From Chiloscyllium plagiosum (taxonomy: Eukaryota): a DNA stretch of 64,000 bases. The stretch is taken from NCBI RefSeq assembly GCF_004010195.1, contig NC_057711.1:72003081-72067080 (forward strand), read 5' to 3'. The position numbers and the translations under genes were made by a program. The number at the start of each line of letters is the position of its first letter. Position 1 is the first letter of the stretch. Of this stretch, positions 26,791-39,066 are shown piece by piece. The notes beneath the pieces are model-generated. The model ran no database searches, had not been told where the DNA came from, and saw only the letters and a program-made list of their open reading frames with translations.

Positions 26791-27884
26791 TTGTATAGAT
26801 TTTCTCCTGTAAATGATGATGAATTATTTACTCAAAAAATGCCAAATTGATTATGTAGAAAATTATGACTGCGGTTAATGAGAAAGTGAAACAAGTTACT
26901 TCTCTCCCTCTCTCTCACTCTCTTTTTGTTCCATTAAAACAGCTAACTGTCAAATGGAAAGAACAAATAAGGATTAAAGGACTATAAGTCAAATCTTCTT
27001 CCTCCTCTTCTTCGTATGAATAATTAATTCCAATAGTCATCGGAGCCAGACACAACAGCAAGAATGATTCTCGGGCTAAAATAGACAGTTCTTGGGAGAG
27101 AAAAATAAATTACAATGCAGCCTGCGGTCATATTAATAAATTAACCAATACATTTATTTGCTCATTTGATCAGTGTGTTGCCTGTGCAGTGAATTAAGAA
27201 GCTCTGGGCTGTTCTAAACTTGTGAGGCATGGGAATGTGTGGGGGATGGGCAAACAAACCTCTAACTAGTCTTTCTAATACATTCTTGACCGTGGGACAG
27301 CAGCTGCTTTGGTGACAGGGTCTGTTAAGTGGCTCTTTAGTACACTGAATGGTCATGTTCTTAGAGTCCAGTTAACGCAAAACACACCAATGGATCTCGA
27401 TTCAAAACACATTTCTTTCTGAAAAGCTTTATTTTATGTGGAAACATATGCTCAACTGAAATTCCACAGCCGTAAAAATAATTATGAAGGAATTTCTGGA
27501 GTCCACATTATCGCTCAGCAATGGATTTCACTATCATGCAACAACAACATCTAATATTCATTATTATCCTAAACTTTTTCAGCAGAATTCACTTCCTATG
27601 AAGGTACTTGTGTCTATTGTCTCAGTTGTAGTACTCTTATTGATGGGTTTTTTTGCCCTTTATCAGAATCAGAGTCTGGGTTGTTTATGCATAGTATCAC
27701 TGAAGGGGTTATCAGAGCTGTGACGTTTGGGTAAATTGTTAAGCTAAATTCTGTTTAGTAAGTTGGGTCCTTATGGAGGAGTTGGTGATGATGTTAAAAA
27801 TCTCATGTTATTTATCACAGAACAGTAAATTCCCCCAATCCCAGTCAACATTTGATTACTCTCAAAAACAGAAGTTGTTATCAT

Positions 27885-28068
27885 AAAACAAATGTGATGC
27901 TAGCAATCTGAAACAAGCAAAAACAGAAATTGCTGGAGAGAAGCTCAACAGGTGAAGCGAAAACAGCGTCTATACTTCAAATCCATTGGACTTGGCATTA
28001 GCTTTGTTTTCTCTCTGCAGATGCTGCCAGACCTGCTGAGTTTCTCCAGCAGTTTCTGTTTTAATTTG
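27885..28068. mobile_element. Head-to-head pLTR hairpin from a second Penelope lineage, decayed
   Basis: aaaacagaaattgctggaga..aagctcaacagg on the left vs cctgctgagtttctccagcagtttctgtttt on the right; terminus type shared with 6238-6300. Confidence 0.75.
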
Positions 28069-28594
28069 TCACATTTTATGTGGAAACATATGCTCAACTA
28101 AAACCCAATGAATTAGCATTTTAATTCATTGGGTGAAATAACATGATATGCCGACAGACCATATAAGTGCATGGGAATTAGTTGTTTCCATTATCTGTTT
28201 AAATTAGGAGTCTGTAACCAATCATTGTAGGCATTGGGTGATTTCAAACAGGGACTCCAACATAAGATCTAGTTTGGAGACAGAGTTGGTGAAGAAGATG
28301 GCTCTATTATGCTAAGTGTTTTTCATATGCTTTGTGCAGATTTCCCAGCCACTGGAGAGAGTACTGGTAATAAAGTGATAATCACAATCAGTGACCTGAA
28401 AATAACAATCTATCCTTAAAATGTTGAAATGTACTTATTAAGATACTAATAAGAACATGGCACATAGAAAACCATCATATAAATTTATATAAAGAAACTA
28501 GTGCTTAACAAATCTGTGAGAATTTTTGGAGGATCTAATTATCAGGAATGAAAAAGGGGGAATGAATGGATGTAATATATTTGATTATACTATT

Positions 28595-28723
28595 TATATT
28601 AGTTATCCGAATAATCAATTGATTATAATAATCTGAATTTGATTATATTAGTTATCCGAATAATCAATTACCAAACAAAATATTCCCTACCCGTCTCGTT
28701 TGGATAATCAAGGTTCTACTGTA
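28595..28723. mobile_element. Tc1/mariner-Tigger-like terminal remnant with an internal tandem duplication
   Basis: Ends ggataatcaaggttctactg+ta (reverse complement TA-CAGTAGAACC.., Tigger-type end); tatattagttatccgaataatcaatt occurs twice (~28595 and ~28644). Confidence 0.6.
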
Positions 28724-29254
28724 TTGTGTTTGCTAAGGATGGGAAGGTTTAGTGGGCAGGTACACTGTGAGGAGGTCACAGAGGGTATTTTATCAGACCT
28801 GGTATATCAGAAATGGGGTCAGGTTTGGGGATGTGGTCTGTGGAGTGCAGAAAATCCGGAAAGTGAGTTTCCTTGTAAAGCTTTTAACAGCCATATCACC
28901 GATATCTGTTGCTTGATTGATTTTCAGCTCCATTGTGAGAATGGACGTGAAGGTGGTTGAAGAGGATGGCAATCCCAGGGCCACTTGGTTCCAGGGTAGG
29001 TATGTCAGAGGCCAGAAGAGGCTTTGTGGCTGGTGGCAATCAGGGAACTGAAGGGAAGAAGTTGGATGCCAAGAAAGGTGATGAAAAGCCTGGGGGGCAA
29101 TCAGACTTAGGAGGTGGGGGGGGAGGAATGGAGGCATAGAGTGAGGGATCAGATGCCTGAGAGCACTATTGTATGTATGGCGGGGGGACATCTGTGTGGG
29201 GTGCGAACGGTAATCAATGAGCCATCTGAGAAAGTTGGGATCTGATTCTGGAGA

Positions 29255-29842
29255 TTATTGAGTGCAGGAGTTGGGAGGTCATGTTGCAGCTGTACAGGAC
29301 ATTGGTTAGGCCATTGTTGGAATACTGCATGCAATTCTGGTCTCCTTCCTATTGGAAAGATGTTATGAAACTTGAAAGGGTTCAGAATGTTCAGGGATGT
29401 TGCCAGGGTTGGAGGGTTGAGCTATAAGGAGAGGCTGAACAGGCTGGGGCTGTTTTCCTTGGAGCAATGAAGGCTGAGGGGTGATGTTATAGAGGTTTAT
29501 AAAATCATGAGGGGCGTGGATAGGATAAATAGACAAAGTCTTTTCCCTAGGGTGGGGGAGTCCAGAACTAGAGGGCACAGGGTTAGGGAGAGAGGGGAAA
29601 GATATAAAAGAGACCTAAGGGGCAACTTTTTCACTCAGAGAGTGGTACATGTATGAAATGAGCTCCAGATGAAGTGGTGGAGGCTGGTACAATTACAGCA
29701 TTTAAAAGGCATCTGGATGGGTATATGAATAAGAAGGGTTTGGAGGATATGGGCCAGGTACTGGCAGGTGGGACTAGATTGGGTTGGGATATCTGGTTGG
29801 ACCGAAGGGTCTGTTTCCATGCTGCACATGTCTATGACTCTA
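29255..29842 (+). mobile_element. CR1 LINE 3' fragment
   Basis: Colinear with 1342-1956; tail tctatgactcta. Confidence 0.93.
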
Positions 29843-30498
29843 ATAAGTGGAGCAGGTGTTCTGAGCAAAACATTTAGGGAATAGTGATCATAATTTCATA
29901 AGATTTATGTTAGTTTTGGAAAAGGATATGTAGCAATAGAGAATAAAACTACTTAAATTGGCAGTGGCCTAGTTTCAGTGGGATGAGAACAGGTCTATCC
30001 CAGATAAATTGGAAACAAATGTTGGCAAATGAAATAATATCAGAATAAAGGGCTGTTATTGAAGAGGAGATGGTTTGGGTCCTCTTGAAGTACATTCCCA
30101 CAAGGTGGAAGTGAAGGGCAAGCAAAAACAGAGCTCTCTAAATGACAAAGGGTGACATGGTAAGATGAAGCAGTAGAAGAAGCCAAATAAAAGATGACAG
30201 GTTAATGATACAAGGGAGAATCAGGCTGAATATCAAAAGTGCAGAAGGAAAATATAAAAGGTAATAAGTGAGGCAAAACAAGAATATGAGAAGTGATTGA
30301 ATACTTACATAAAGGGGGTGGTGTAGTGGTCTTGTCACTGTACGAATAAACCACATACCCAAGCTAATGCTCTGGGGCATGAGTTCAAATCAAACCTTAG
30401 CAGATTGTGAAATTTGAATAAGTGAAATCTGGCTCCCATAATTCAAGAGCCTAAATAGGCCATTCAACCCATTGAGTCTACTCAGTGAGATTACAGAG

Positions 30499-30846
30499 CG
30501 TGGCACGGTGGCTCAGTGGTTAGCACTGCTGCCTCACAGTGCTAGGAACCCAGGTTCAATTCTACCCTTGGGTGACTGTCTGTGTGGAGTTTGCACATTC
30601 TCATCATGTCTGCCTGGGTTTCCTCTGGTTTTTCCGGTTTCCTCCCACAGTCCAAAGATGTGCAGGTTAGATGGATTGTCCATGTCAAATTGCCCATTGT
30701 GCAGGCTAGGTGGATTAGCCATGGGAAATGCAGGTTTACAGTAATAGAGTAGGGAGGGATCGGGTCTGGGTGGGGTATTCCTCAGAGGGTTGGTGTGGAC
30801 TCAATGGGCCTTATGGTCTGCTTCTACACTGTGGGGATTCTATGAC
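30499..30846 (+). mobile_element. tRNA-derived SINE (HE1-like, gattctatga tail), inserted in a minus-strand CR1 3' UTR
   Basis: A box ggtggctcagtggttagc, B box ggttcaattct; the flanks (~30440-30495 and ~30850-30960) look like a CR1 UTR reverse complement. Confidence 0.9.
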
Positions 30847-30984
30847 ATTGTTGAACTGATAATCCTCGACTCCATTTTCCTGCCTTTTCCCCATAACTCT
30901 CAATCCCTTTCTGATTAAGAAATCTGTCTACCTATGCCTTGAATATATTTAATGACACAGCCCCTACGTCTAGCGAATTCCTGT

Positions 30985-32310
30985 GTGGTAAGGTGACTGT
31001 GAGATTGTACCCTCGAGGTCTCCACCTGCAAGTTCTACTCCCTGGAATTCCGCACTTCTGTCCTTATTTGAACCAAGGCTGTAATGAAGTCAGGAGTTAA
31101 GTAGCCCTGGCAGAACCCAAGCCGGGCATCATTGAGCAGATTATTGCTGAGCAGATGCCGCTTAATAGCACAGTTGATGACTCTTTGCATCACTTTACTG
31201 ATGATCAAGAGTAGACTGCTGGGACAGTAATTGGCTGCATTGTGTTATTTATGTTTTTCCACATTGTTAGGGAGATGTCAGTGTTGTCTCTGCACTGGAC
31301 CTGCACAAGTCTTCAGTACTATTGACGGAGTGTTGTGAGGGTTCATAGCCTTTGCAGTCTTTGGTATCTCCTGCTGTTTCCTGATGTTATGTGGAGTGAA
31401 TCAAATTAACTGAAGACTGGATTCTGTGAATCTAGGAACTACTGGAGGAGGCCGAGATGGATCATCTACTTGGCACTTCTGGCTGAAGGTTATTGAGAAC
31501 TTATCTTTTGCACTGTTGTGTTGTGCTCTTTGAAGTTGGGAATGTTTGTGGACCCTCTTTTTCCAGTAAGTTGTTTAATTATCCTATGCCAGTATGTGGC
31601 AGGACTGCAGAGCTTAGATCTGATACATTGGCTATGGGATCATTTAACTCACTCTATTACTTGCTGCAGTTGCAGTTTGGCATGTAAATTGTTCTGTTTT
31701 ACAGCTTCAACAAGTTCACCGCATCTTTATATATGTCTGGTGCTGCTCCTGTACTCTTCCTTGAACAAGGGTTGATCCCCTCGTTTGATGGTAATGGTTG
31801 AGTGGGAGATATGCCAGGCCATGAGGTTTCAGATTGTGCTGGAGTACACTTCTGCTACTCTTTATGGTCCAATGTGCCTCATGGATGTCTAGTCTTGAGG
31901 TGCTAGATCTGTTCAAAGTCTATCCCATTTACTATGATGATCGAGTCACACAACATGATGAAGGGTATTCTTAACTTGAAGGCTGGACTTTGGCTCTGGA
32001 AAAACTGTATGGTGGTCATTGTTACCGATACTGTCATGCACAGGTGCAGATAGATAGATAGATAAGGTTGGGGTCAAGTGTATTTATCCCTCTTGTTGGA
32101 TCCCTCACAACCTGCTGCATATCCAGACCAACAGCTGTGTCCTAAAGTACCTAACCAACTGAATCAGTAGTGCTGCTGCCGAGTCTGTTTTGGTGGTGGC
32201 CATTGAAATCCCCCACACAGAGCACCTTTGCCATCCTCAGTGCTTTGTCCAAGTTCAGGAGGACTATCGATGCATCAGCCAAGGGTGAGGATGGTTTATA
32301 TAATTAGTCA
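30985..32310 (-). mobile_element. LINE ORF2 fragment with APE endonuclease (clade uncertain)
   Basis: The minus strand near 32070-32215 translates VGDFNGHHQ...MQQVVRDPTRGINTLD (APE motifs GDFN, PTR...LD). Confidence 0.75.
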
Positions 32311-32854
32311 TGTCCCCACTTCACTCCCTAGAGCCCATGGCTTTGGAAATTCCCATTAATATGTTAACCCGACACCATGTTGAGGCTGGAGTTACCATTA
32401 TAGACCATAAGATTTTGGAGCAGATTTAGGTAATTCTTTCTCATTCTCCTGCCTTCTCTCTCTAACCTTTGATATCCTTCCTAATCAAGAACCTATCTTT
32501 CTCTATCTCTCACATGATCCATATGAAAGCCCTCTTCCAGAATTCCCAGTTACCTCTTCACCACTGGGAGAGCCCAAGCTTTGATCTCTAACTATCCCCA
32601 TCGCTGTCACCATTCCCTTAGCAACCCATTGAAATGAAGCCCATCCATTGATGTTGAGTTGCCCATTTTCACAGGAATTCCATGGGCCACAGCTCATAAG
32701 CCTCAGGTCATTGCCCAATCCATGGACTGACCCTGGCCCACCCCTTGCGCTGTTTTGGCAAAGTGGTCCCAATGGGAATAGCCCAGCCTCCAGACTATTG
32801 TCTCCTGACTGACCCACTAGTAATTTACAAGTTGCACTGAACCTGCAGGGCTGA

Positions 32855-32985
32855 ACAAAAAAAAATGAAGAATTCCTAATGCTGGAAATCAGACACAAAA
32901 TCAGAAATTGCTGGAAAAACTCAGCAGCTCTGGCAGCATCTGTGGAACGAACGCAGAGTGAATGTTTTGGGTCCAATGATCTTTT
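32855..32985 (-). mobile_element. Solo Penelope pLTR terminus
   Basis: atgctggaaatc...aaattgctggaaaaactcagcag.tctggcagcatctgtgga, the same terminus type as 6238-6345. Confidence 0.75.
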
Positions 32986-34674
32986 GAATTTCACACACAG
33001 CCATTTAGCTGAAGTGCGTACAAGTGTTTGTTCCACTAAACTACCCATGCTGCTGTGTCATGTGATGTAGCACAGTGCCTTTGGAATCATGTCTACCTGT
33101 CTGACTTTTCAATATTCCCCAGTCTGACAAGCTGCCTGCCTCTCCCCTCGCATTAAAAGCAATACAAGCCGCAAGGGTTGCCAGCCTGTAACAGAGGATG
33201 AAAGACCCTGTGCATATAGAAAGCAATGTGAGCCACATAGAGACTGGCAGCTGACCAGTCAGTGCTGAAGTCAGTAAGTGCACGAAGGAAGCAATATGAG
33301 CTAGATAGAGGCTTACAGAATCTAAATAAGTCCAAAGTCAGTATAAAAGCAAATGAAGTCATCAGATATGTCCTGTGTTGATACATGAGATGCACGTGTG
33401 TCCCTGCATACAAAGTGATCTAGCAGAAACATGCAAATCATAGTTGTCCCTGAGCTCCAAAGTGAATTGTTGAAAGGGTGAAGTGGTGGCTGACTTGGTC
33501 TGACAGCTGGCATGATGATGAGGTTTACTGATGCTGGCTTGCATGGACACAGGGTGAGGGGCAGGGTAACCATGGAGCATAGGGGGACATGGTTGCATAA
33601 TGGCCAGACCAAGCAATCAGTGAACTGCAGCCATCAAAGAAACTATTGATTGAAGATGGAGGACGGGAAGAAAGTTGTGGCTGAAAGAGCTGCTCCTTTT
33701 TTGAGATATTCTCAGTGTTGGAGCTAATTTCCTCAAATTCTCGGGCAGAAATTACTGTTATATAAGCTGTTACAGTGTTTTCAAACTTTGGGAAAAGAAA
33801 GAGGAAGACAGACAAAGGCCATGACCACATGGGAAGTGATTCAAATGGGGAAAGAAGCCTATACTGCTGACTGACCCAGAAAGTGAATCTACACAACTGC
33901 TATCTCTGCTGTTTGATTTCAAGTATCTCTGGACATCAAAGTTCGTCTAAGAAAATTGAACAAACAATGAAATTCACAGCTGACCTTGGAGAAACCGGTG
34001 TGGGAGAGCTATTTTGTCAAGCTACAATAGTGGAGAGGGTACAGAATATTGTCAAAGGGGAGAGGGACCAAGAGGACATCATTGCACACATTGGAACTAA
34101 CAAACATGAACAGAAAAGGATGAAATTCTGAGGAGAGAATATAGGAAGTTAGGCAGGAATTCAAAAGGGAGGTCCTTGAGGGTAGCAATATCTGGATTAC
34201 TCCCAGTGCTGTGACCTAGTGAGGGTAAGAATAGAAGGATAGACCATATGAATGTGTAGCTGAGGAAATGGTGCAGAGGAGAAGAAATCACATTTTTGCA
34301 TCTTTGGAATGTTGTCTCCGGTTGGAGTGACCTGTATAAGAAGGATGGATTGTACCTGAATTGAAAAGAGACTAACATACTGGCAGGGTGATGAGCTTGA
34401 ATTGCTCAGGAGGATATAAATTAGGAAGGTGGGGGGTGGGGAGGGGGGGTTGTGGGGGTGGGACCCAGGGAGATAGTGAGGAAAGAGATCAGTCTGAGAC
34501 TGTTACAATTAGGAAAAGAAACAAGTCAAACAGTCAGGATAGGAAGGAACAAAGCAGAAACCGAGGTAGGACTGATCAATTAAACTGCACTTATTTCAAT
34601 GCAAGAGGCCTAACAGGGAAGGCAGATGAATTCAGGGTATAGTCGGGAACATGGGACTGGGATATAATAGCAAT

Positions 34675-35033
34675 TACAGAGACATGGCTCAGGGATGGAT
34701 GGGACCGGCAGTTTTCTGTTCCAGGATATAAATGCTGTAGGAAGGCTAGAAAGGGGGCAAGGGAGGAGGAGAGATTAGAGATAACAGTATGGCTGTACTT
34801 GGGGAGGATATTCCTGAGAATACATCCAGGGAAGTTATTTGGGTGGAACTGATACAGAGACATGGCTCAGGGATGGATGGGACCGGCAGTTTAATGTTCC
34901 AGGATATAAATGCTGTAGGAAGGCTAGAAAGGGGGCAAGGGAGGAGGAGGAGAGATTAGAGATAACAGTATGGCTGTACTTGGGGAGGATATTCCTGAGA
35001 ATACATCCAGGGAAGTTATTTGGGTGGAACTGA
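34675..35033 (+). repeat. Tandem duplication of ~180 bp inside the CR1 APE region
   Basis: Copy 1 is 34675-34852 (178 bp) and copy 2 is 34853-35033 (181 bp); they differ by tc/aa and one extra gag-type triplet. Confidence 0.95.
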
Positions 35034-35395
35034 GAAATAAGAAAGGGATGGTCACCTGATTGGAATTGTATTATAAACACCCCAGTAGCCAGCAGGAAAT
35101 TGAGAAACAAATTTGAAAGGAGATCTCAGTTCTCTGTAAAAAATAGTTGGGTAGTTATAATAGGGGGTTTAACTTTCCAAACATCGACTGGGACTGCTAT
35201 AGTGTTAAGGGGCTTGGATGAAGAGGAATTTGTTAAGTGTGTACAAGACAATTTTCTGATTCAGTGTGTGGATGTACCTACTAGAAAAGGAGCAAAGTTT
35301 TACCTACTCTAGGGAAAAAGGCAGGATATGTGACTGAGATGTCAGTGGGGAGCACTTTGGGGCCAGCGACCATGATTCTGTTTGTTTTAATATAG

Positions 35396-35800
35396 GTCAA
35401 AAATCAAATGACACCAGGTTATAATCCAACAGGTTTATTTAAAATTGCAAGCTTCCAAGCCTCAGGTCCTTCCTCCGATGTGGTATGACAGACAGGTGTA
35501 AGACATAGTATTTATAAGCAAAAATTAACAACTTCAAAATTAGCTGCCCTTGTTGAATCCTTTAATCAGTTGTGAGACAGATTGTTGATTAAAATGTAAA
35601 ATCCAGATTCCTTTCAAGTCTTTGTCCCTAAATAATAAAAGGTTTTATCAATGCATAAGAGGTGCATCTCAGGTTAGACAATGCACTTTAAGTGTGAGGT
35701 CCCAATTTTAAAGTGAGGTCAGGTTTTTTTCTTGCTGAAAATAATTTTGAATGAAATAATTCCCATGTGTGCTTGTATGTGTGTGTGTATGTATTGTGTG
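35396..35800 (-). mobile_element. Penelope-like 3' end (third pLTR type) inserted into CR1
   Basis: aaaaatcaaatgacaccaggttataatccaacaggtttattt matches 42797-42840; ends in a (tg)n tract; tatag on both sides (35391-35395, 35801-35805), after which the CR1 resumes. Confidence 0.7.
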
Positions 35801-35866
35801 TATAGTGATGGAAAAGGATAGGCCAGAACTTTTGGCCATCATTGCATGGGAGTTAGTTTTCCAGAG

Positions 35867-36080
35867 CTGAAAATGTGTTGCTGGAAAAGCGCAGCAAGTC
35901 AGGCAGCATCCTAGGACAGGAGGCTCGACGTTTCGGGCATAAGCCCTTCTTCAGGAATCAGGGCTTATGCCCGAAACGTCGATTCTCCTGTTCCTTGGAT
36001 GCTTCCTGACCTGTTGCGCTTTTCCAGCAACACATTTTCAGCTCTGATCTCCAGCATCTGCAGTCCTCACTTTCTCCTCC
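35867..36080 (+). mobile_element. Penelope-derived hairpin element, copy 1
   Basis: Inverted arms ~35862-35950 and ~35960-36045; perfect 16-bp TSD agttagttttccagag at 35851-35866 and 36081-36096. Confidence 0.92.
35924..35959 (-). ncRNA. Minimal type I hammerhead ribozyme motif
   Basis: Minus strand reads gattc-CTGAAGA-a-gggc(ttat)gccc-GAAA-c-GTC-gag; core boxes intact, stem I weak; activity not shown. Confidence 0.7.
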
Positions 36081-36119
36081 AGTTAGTTTTCCAGAGTAAG
36101 GATGTCTAGCTACAGAGTT

Positions 36120-36650
36120 TTAGTGACATCATACTAGGAGCATTTTGTACATTTTTGGTCTCCGTTCTTGCTTCAGAATCTACACAATATAAGTTTTGAA
36201 ATGAGAGGATTGCGCTGTGAGGCAAGACTGAACAACTTGGGCCAAAGTTCTCTGGACTTCAGAGAACGAGTGGTTGCCTAATTGAAAGATTTATGACCCT
36301 CAGATCCTGTCATAGGGAAATGGTAGAAGGCTGATTTTCCTGGTTTGGGAGTCGAGAATTAGGACATAGTCTCAGGATAAGTGAACTACTGTATACAACT
36401 GATATGGGAAGACATTTTCCACTTGATTTCTTTGGAAATCTTTTAAATTCTTTACTCTAGAGAGTTGTGGATACTCATTGGTTGAGCATATTCAAGGCTG
36501 GGAGCACCAGATTTTTGGTTTATCGGAGAATCAAGGGATTTGATGAGCAGGTAGCAAAAGGACAAGCTGATGTGGAAGATCAGCCATATCTTACTGAATG
36601 ATGGCATGCTTGAAATGGCCCACGCCTGTTCCTATTTCCTACGGTTTTAC
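36120..36650 (+). mobile_element. Degraded CR1 3' fragment
   Basis: catttttggtctcc, aggacatagtctcaggataa and the tail cctatttcctacggtt resemble a CR1 3' end. Confidence 0.65.
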
Positions 36651-37024
36651 ATATCTAAGCATGCAGGCCACTCAATCATACTTTTCAAAAACATCTTAAA
36701 GTGCCTTGCATAAAACAAATTGAAAATACAATGAAGTTGTCACATGGACAAACACAGCAATGTAATGCACAGGGCAGGATGTCTCACCGTGTGATGAATA
36801 ACTAGATAATCTGCATTGATGGTGTTGATTGAAGTATGTGTTTGGCCAAGAACTTGGACTAGTGTTTCTGTGTGTGATAGAACCTTAAGTGTGTGCCTGA
36901 GGAGGCAATTAGGGCTCCTCTGACAGGAGTCCATCTGAATCATGTTTCACTCAGATTCTGGCTACTAGGAAGTGGGATTGATATTACATTGAGGTGCATC
37001 TAATTAAAATATTGCTGAATATAT

Positions 37025-37326
37025 GGCATGGTGACACTGCTGCCTCACAGTGCTGGGGACCTGGATTCAATTCCACACTTGGGCCACTGTCTGTGTGGAG
37101 TTAGCACACTCTCCCAGTGTCTGCATGGTTTTCCTCTAGGTGCTCTGGTTTCCTCCCACGGCCCAAAGCTGTGCAGGTTAAGTGGACTGACTGTGCTAAA
37201 TTGCCCATAGTGTGCAGGTTAGTTGAACTGGCCATGAGAATGCAGGGTTATAGGGTAAGGGGTGAGTCTGGTGGGATGCTCTTCAGAGGGCCAAACAACC
37301 TGCTTCCACACTGTATGGATTTTATG
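37025..37326 (+). mobile_element. tRNA-derived SINE (HE1-like), diverged
   Basis: cactgctgcctcacag, ggattcaattcc, tgtgcaggttaagtgga...aaattgccc. Confidence 0.85.
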
Positions 37327-37495
37327 TAAATTGTTTAGCATACATTATTGTAGGAAGTGATTCAAGTGAACCTGTAATATGGCAGTTGATCAGCAGGTTA
37401 CATAGGTATGAAGAACGCTTTTTGAATCCTTGAATTCGGAGGAAGGGCGACTCGACTTGAAGCGGTAACTTTCCATTTTTTCTCCACAGATTCTG

Positions 37496-37669
37496 AAAAT
37501 GTGTTGCTGGAAAAGTGCAGCAGGTCAGGTAGCTTCCAAGGAGCAGGAGAATCGACGTTTCGGGCATGAGCCCTTCGTCGATTCTCCTGCTCCTTGGATG
37601 CTGCCTGACCTGCTGTGCTTTTCCAGCAACACGTTTTCAGCTCTGATCTCCAGCATCTGCAGTCCTCAC
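37496..37669 (+). mobile_element. Penelope-derived hairpin element, copy 2, nested in an older pLTR (~37431-37765)
   Basis: Inverted arms; 17-bp TSD tttctccacag[a/g]ttctg at 37479-37495 and 37670-37686; apex deleted. Confidence 0.9.
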
Positions 37670-38900
37670 TTTCTCCACAGGTTCTGTCAGACGTGCTGAG
37701 TTTCTCCAGCAATTTCTATTTTTATTTCAGATTTCCAGCATCCACAGTCCTTTTTTTTGTTTATTTTCCTTGAATCCTGCTATTTTTTAATGAATGAACA
37801 ACTTGTTTAGTCTACCAATCACTGCCATAGTGTTTGGTATGTTTGTGTTCAATGCAACAATCAGTTTCTCTGCAAAAATGCAATCTGACTAAAATAAAAA
37901 CTTTAAAATGCTGGAAATTTACAGCAATTTCATCAGCATTTGAAAAGAGAAAGAGCAGATTAATGGTTCGGTCAATATGATATCTTCATCTGCAGCAGGA
38001 GGAGGGCTCGCTGTGGAGAATTGTTTTTTTAACATTCATATTCACTTCTGCTCTAATTTAGTTATCCGCCAGACGGGATCAAATTCCCAATCTTATCCAG
38101 GCATTTTTGTTTCCCTTTGAACAAAAGCCTAGGGAAAATCACGTCAACAAGCTTGTGAAATCCAGTTCACAGAGATGAAAGTCTGTCTGTTATCAGATTG
38201 GAGTAAATATCCTTACACCTTTTGCAAACACTGTTGTAATCAGCTGCAAACTCACAACATGGAGATTTACAGATGTGACCTAAATAAAGCCTAAATCACA
38301 TCAAGATATGTTTTCAATTAAGTTGCATGTACAGTGAGTATACACAGGAATGTCGATGAGTTTAATCCTAAATTATTTGAAAAAAATATAATGGTTGTAT
38401 TTATTAGGCATAAGAATCTATGTCGGTTTCACAGCATAATAGCAATCTAATGTTCTGAGTTCGCACATTAATTACTCCAGACTGTTTAGTATCTGGTAAT
38501 TAACACCCTTACATCAGCCCATGCAGTCAAAGACTGGGAATGTACACACACAAAAAAACTAGAAACAGATGACTCCACTGATGTGATCTTGGCTCACTTT
38601 TCTGTACAATTGAAACCACTGATGAAAAGGACTGTAACTTCAGGAGGGCACCATATGGGGCCAAATGCCATAAGTGCCTTGTTCACAGTGTGAAGCCACA
38701 TTGGTTCTGATAAGATTGACCCAATCTGAATGTGATCCTTGTACTACAGATGAGGCATACCAACATTTTAGACCAAGCCAGTGGGAGTTGGAGCAACTGG
38801 ATCAGAAGAGCAAGTTATTTCAACAATTACTGGTGACTGAAAATACTGTTTATTTCAATGGTGCTGATCTTTAAAACAATCAATATAACAGCATGAATTA

Positions 38901-39066
38901 AGCAGAAATTGCTGGCAGTGCACAGCAGATTAATTCGCAACTGAAAGAGAAAGGTTAATGTTTTCATTGGGATCCATCATGTGGTGAAGGGTTACACCCT
39001 AAACTATCACCTATTTTTCTCTCTGAGGTGTTGATCCACCCATTATGCACTTCCAGCAATTTATTT
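38901..39066. mobile_element. Old pLTR hairpin, heavily decayed
   Basis: aaattgctggcagtgca ... tgcacttccagcaattt inverted ends; central gtgaagggttacaccctaaac resembles hammerhead stem II. Confidence 0.6.

Larger units (their letters stand above)
33650..35828 (+). mobile_element. CR1 LINE 5' part: putative 5' UTR, ORF1 SGNH-esterase remnant, ORF2 APE remnant
   Basis: IIAHIGTN (GTND-like) at ~34076-34100 and DGLYLN (DGLHLN-like) at ~34343; CTYFNARGL, AITETWL, GYKCCRK; interrupted by a PLE at 35396-35800. Confidence 0.85.

Noticed and set aside
30499..30570. tRNA gene
   Set aside because: The A/B boxes are the head of a multi-copy SINE and continue into a SINE body and LINE-like tail; the same applies to the other copies
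33041..33640. Possible Harbinger/HARBI1 transposase remnant (LPVS...TGSF)
   Set aside because: Similarity is too weak to call without a profile search
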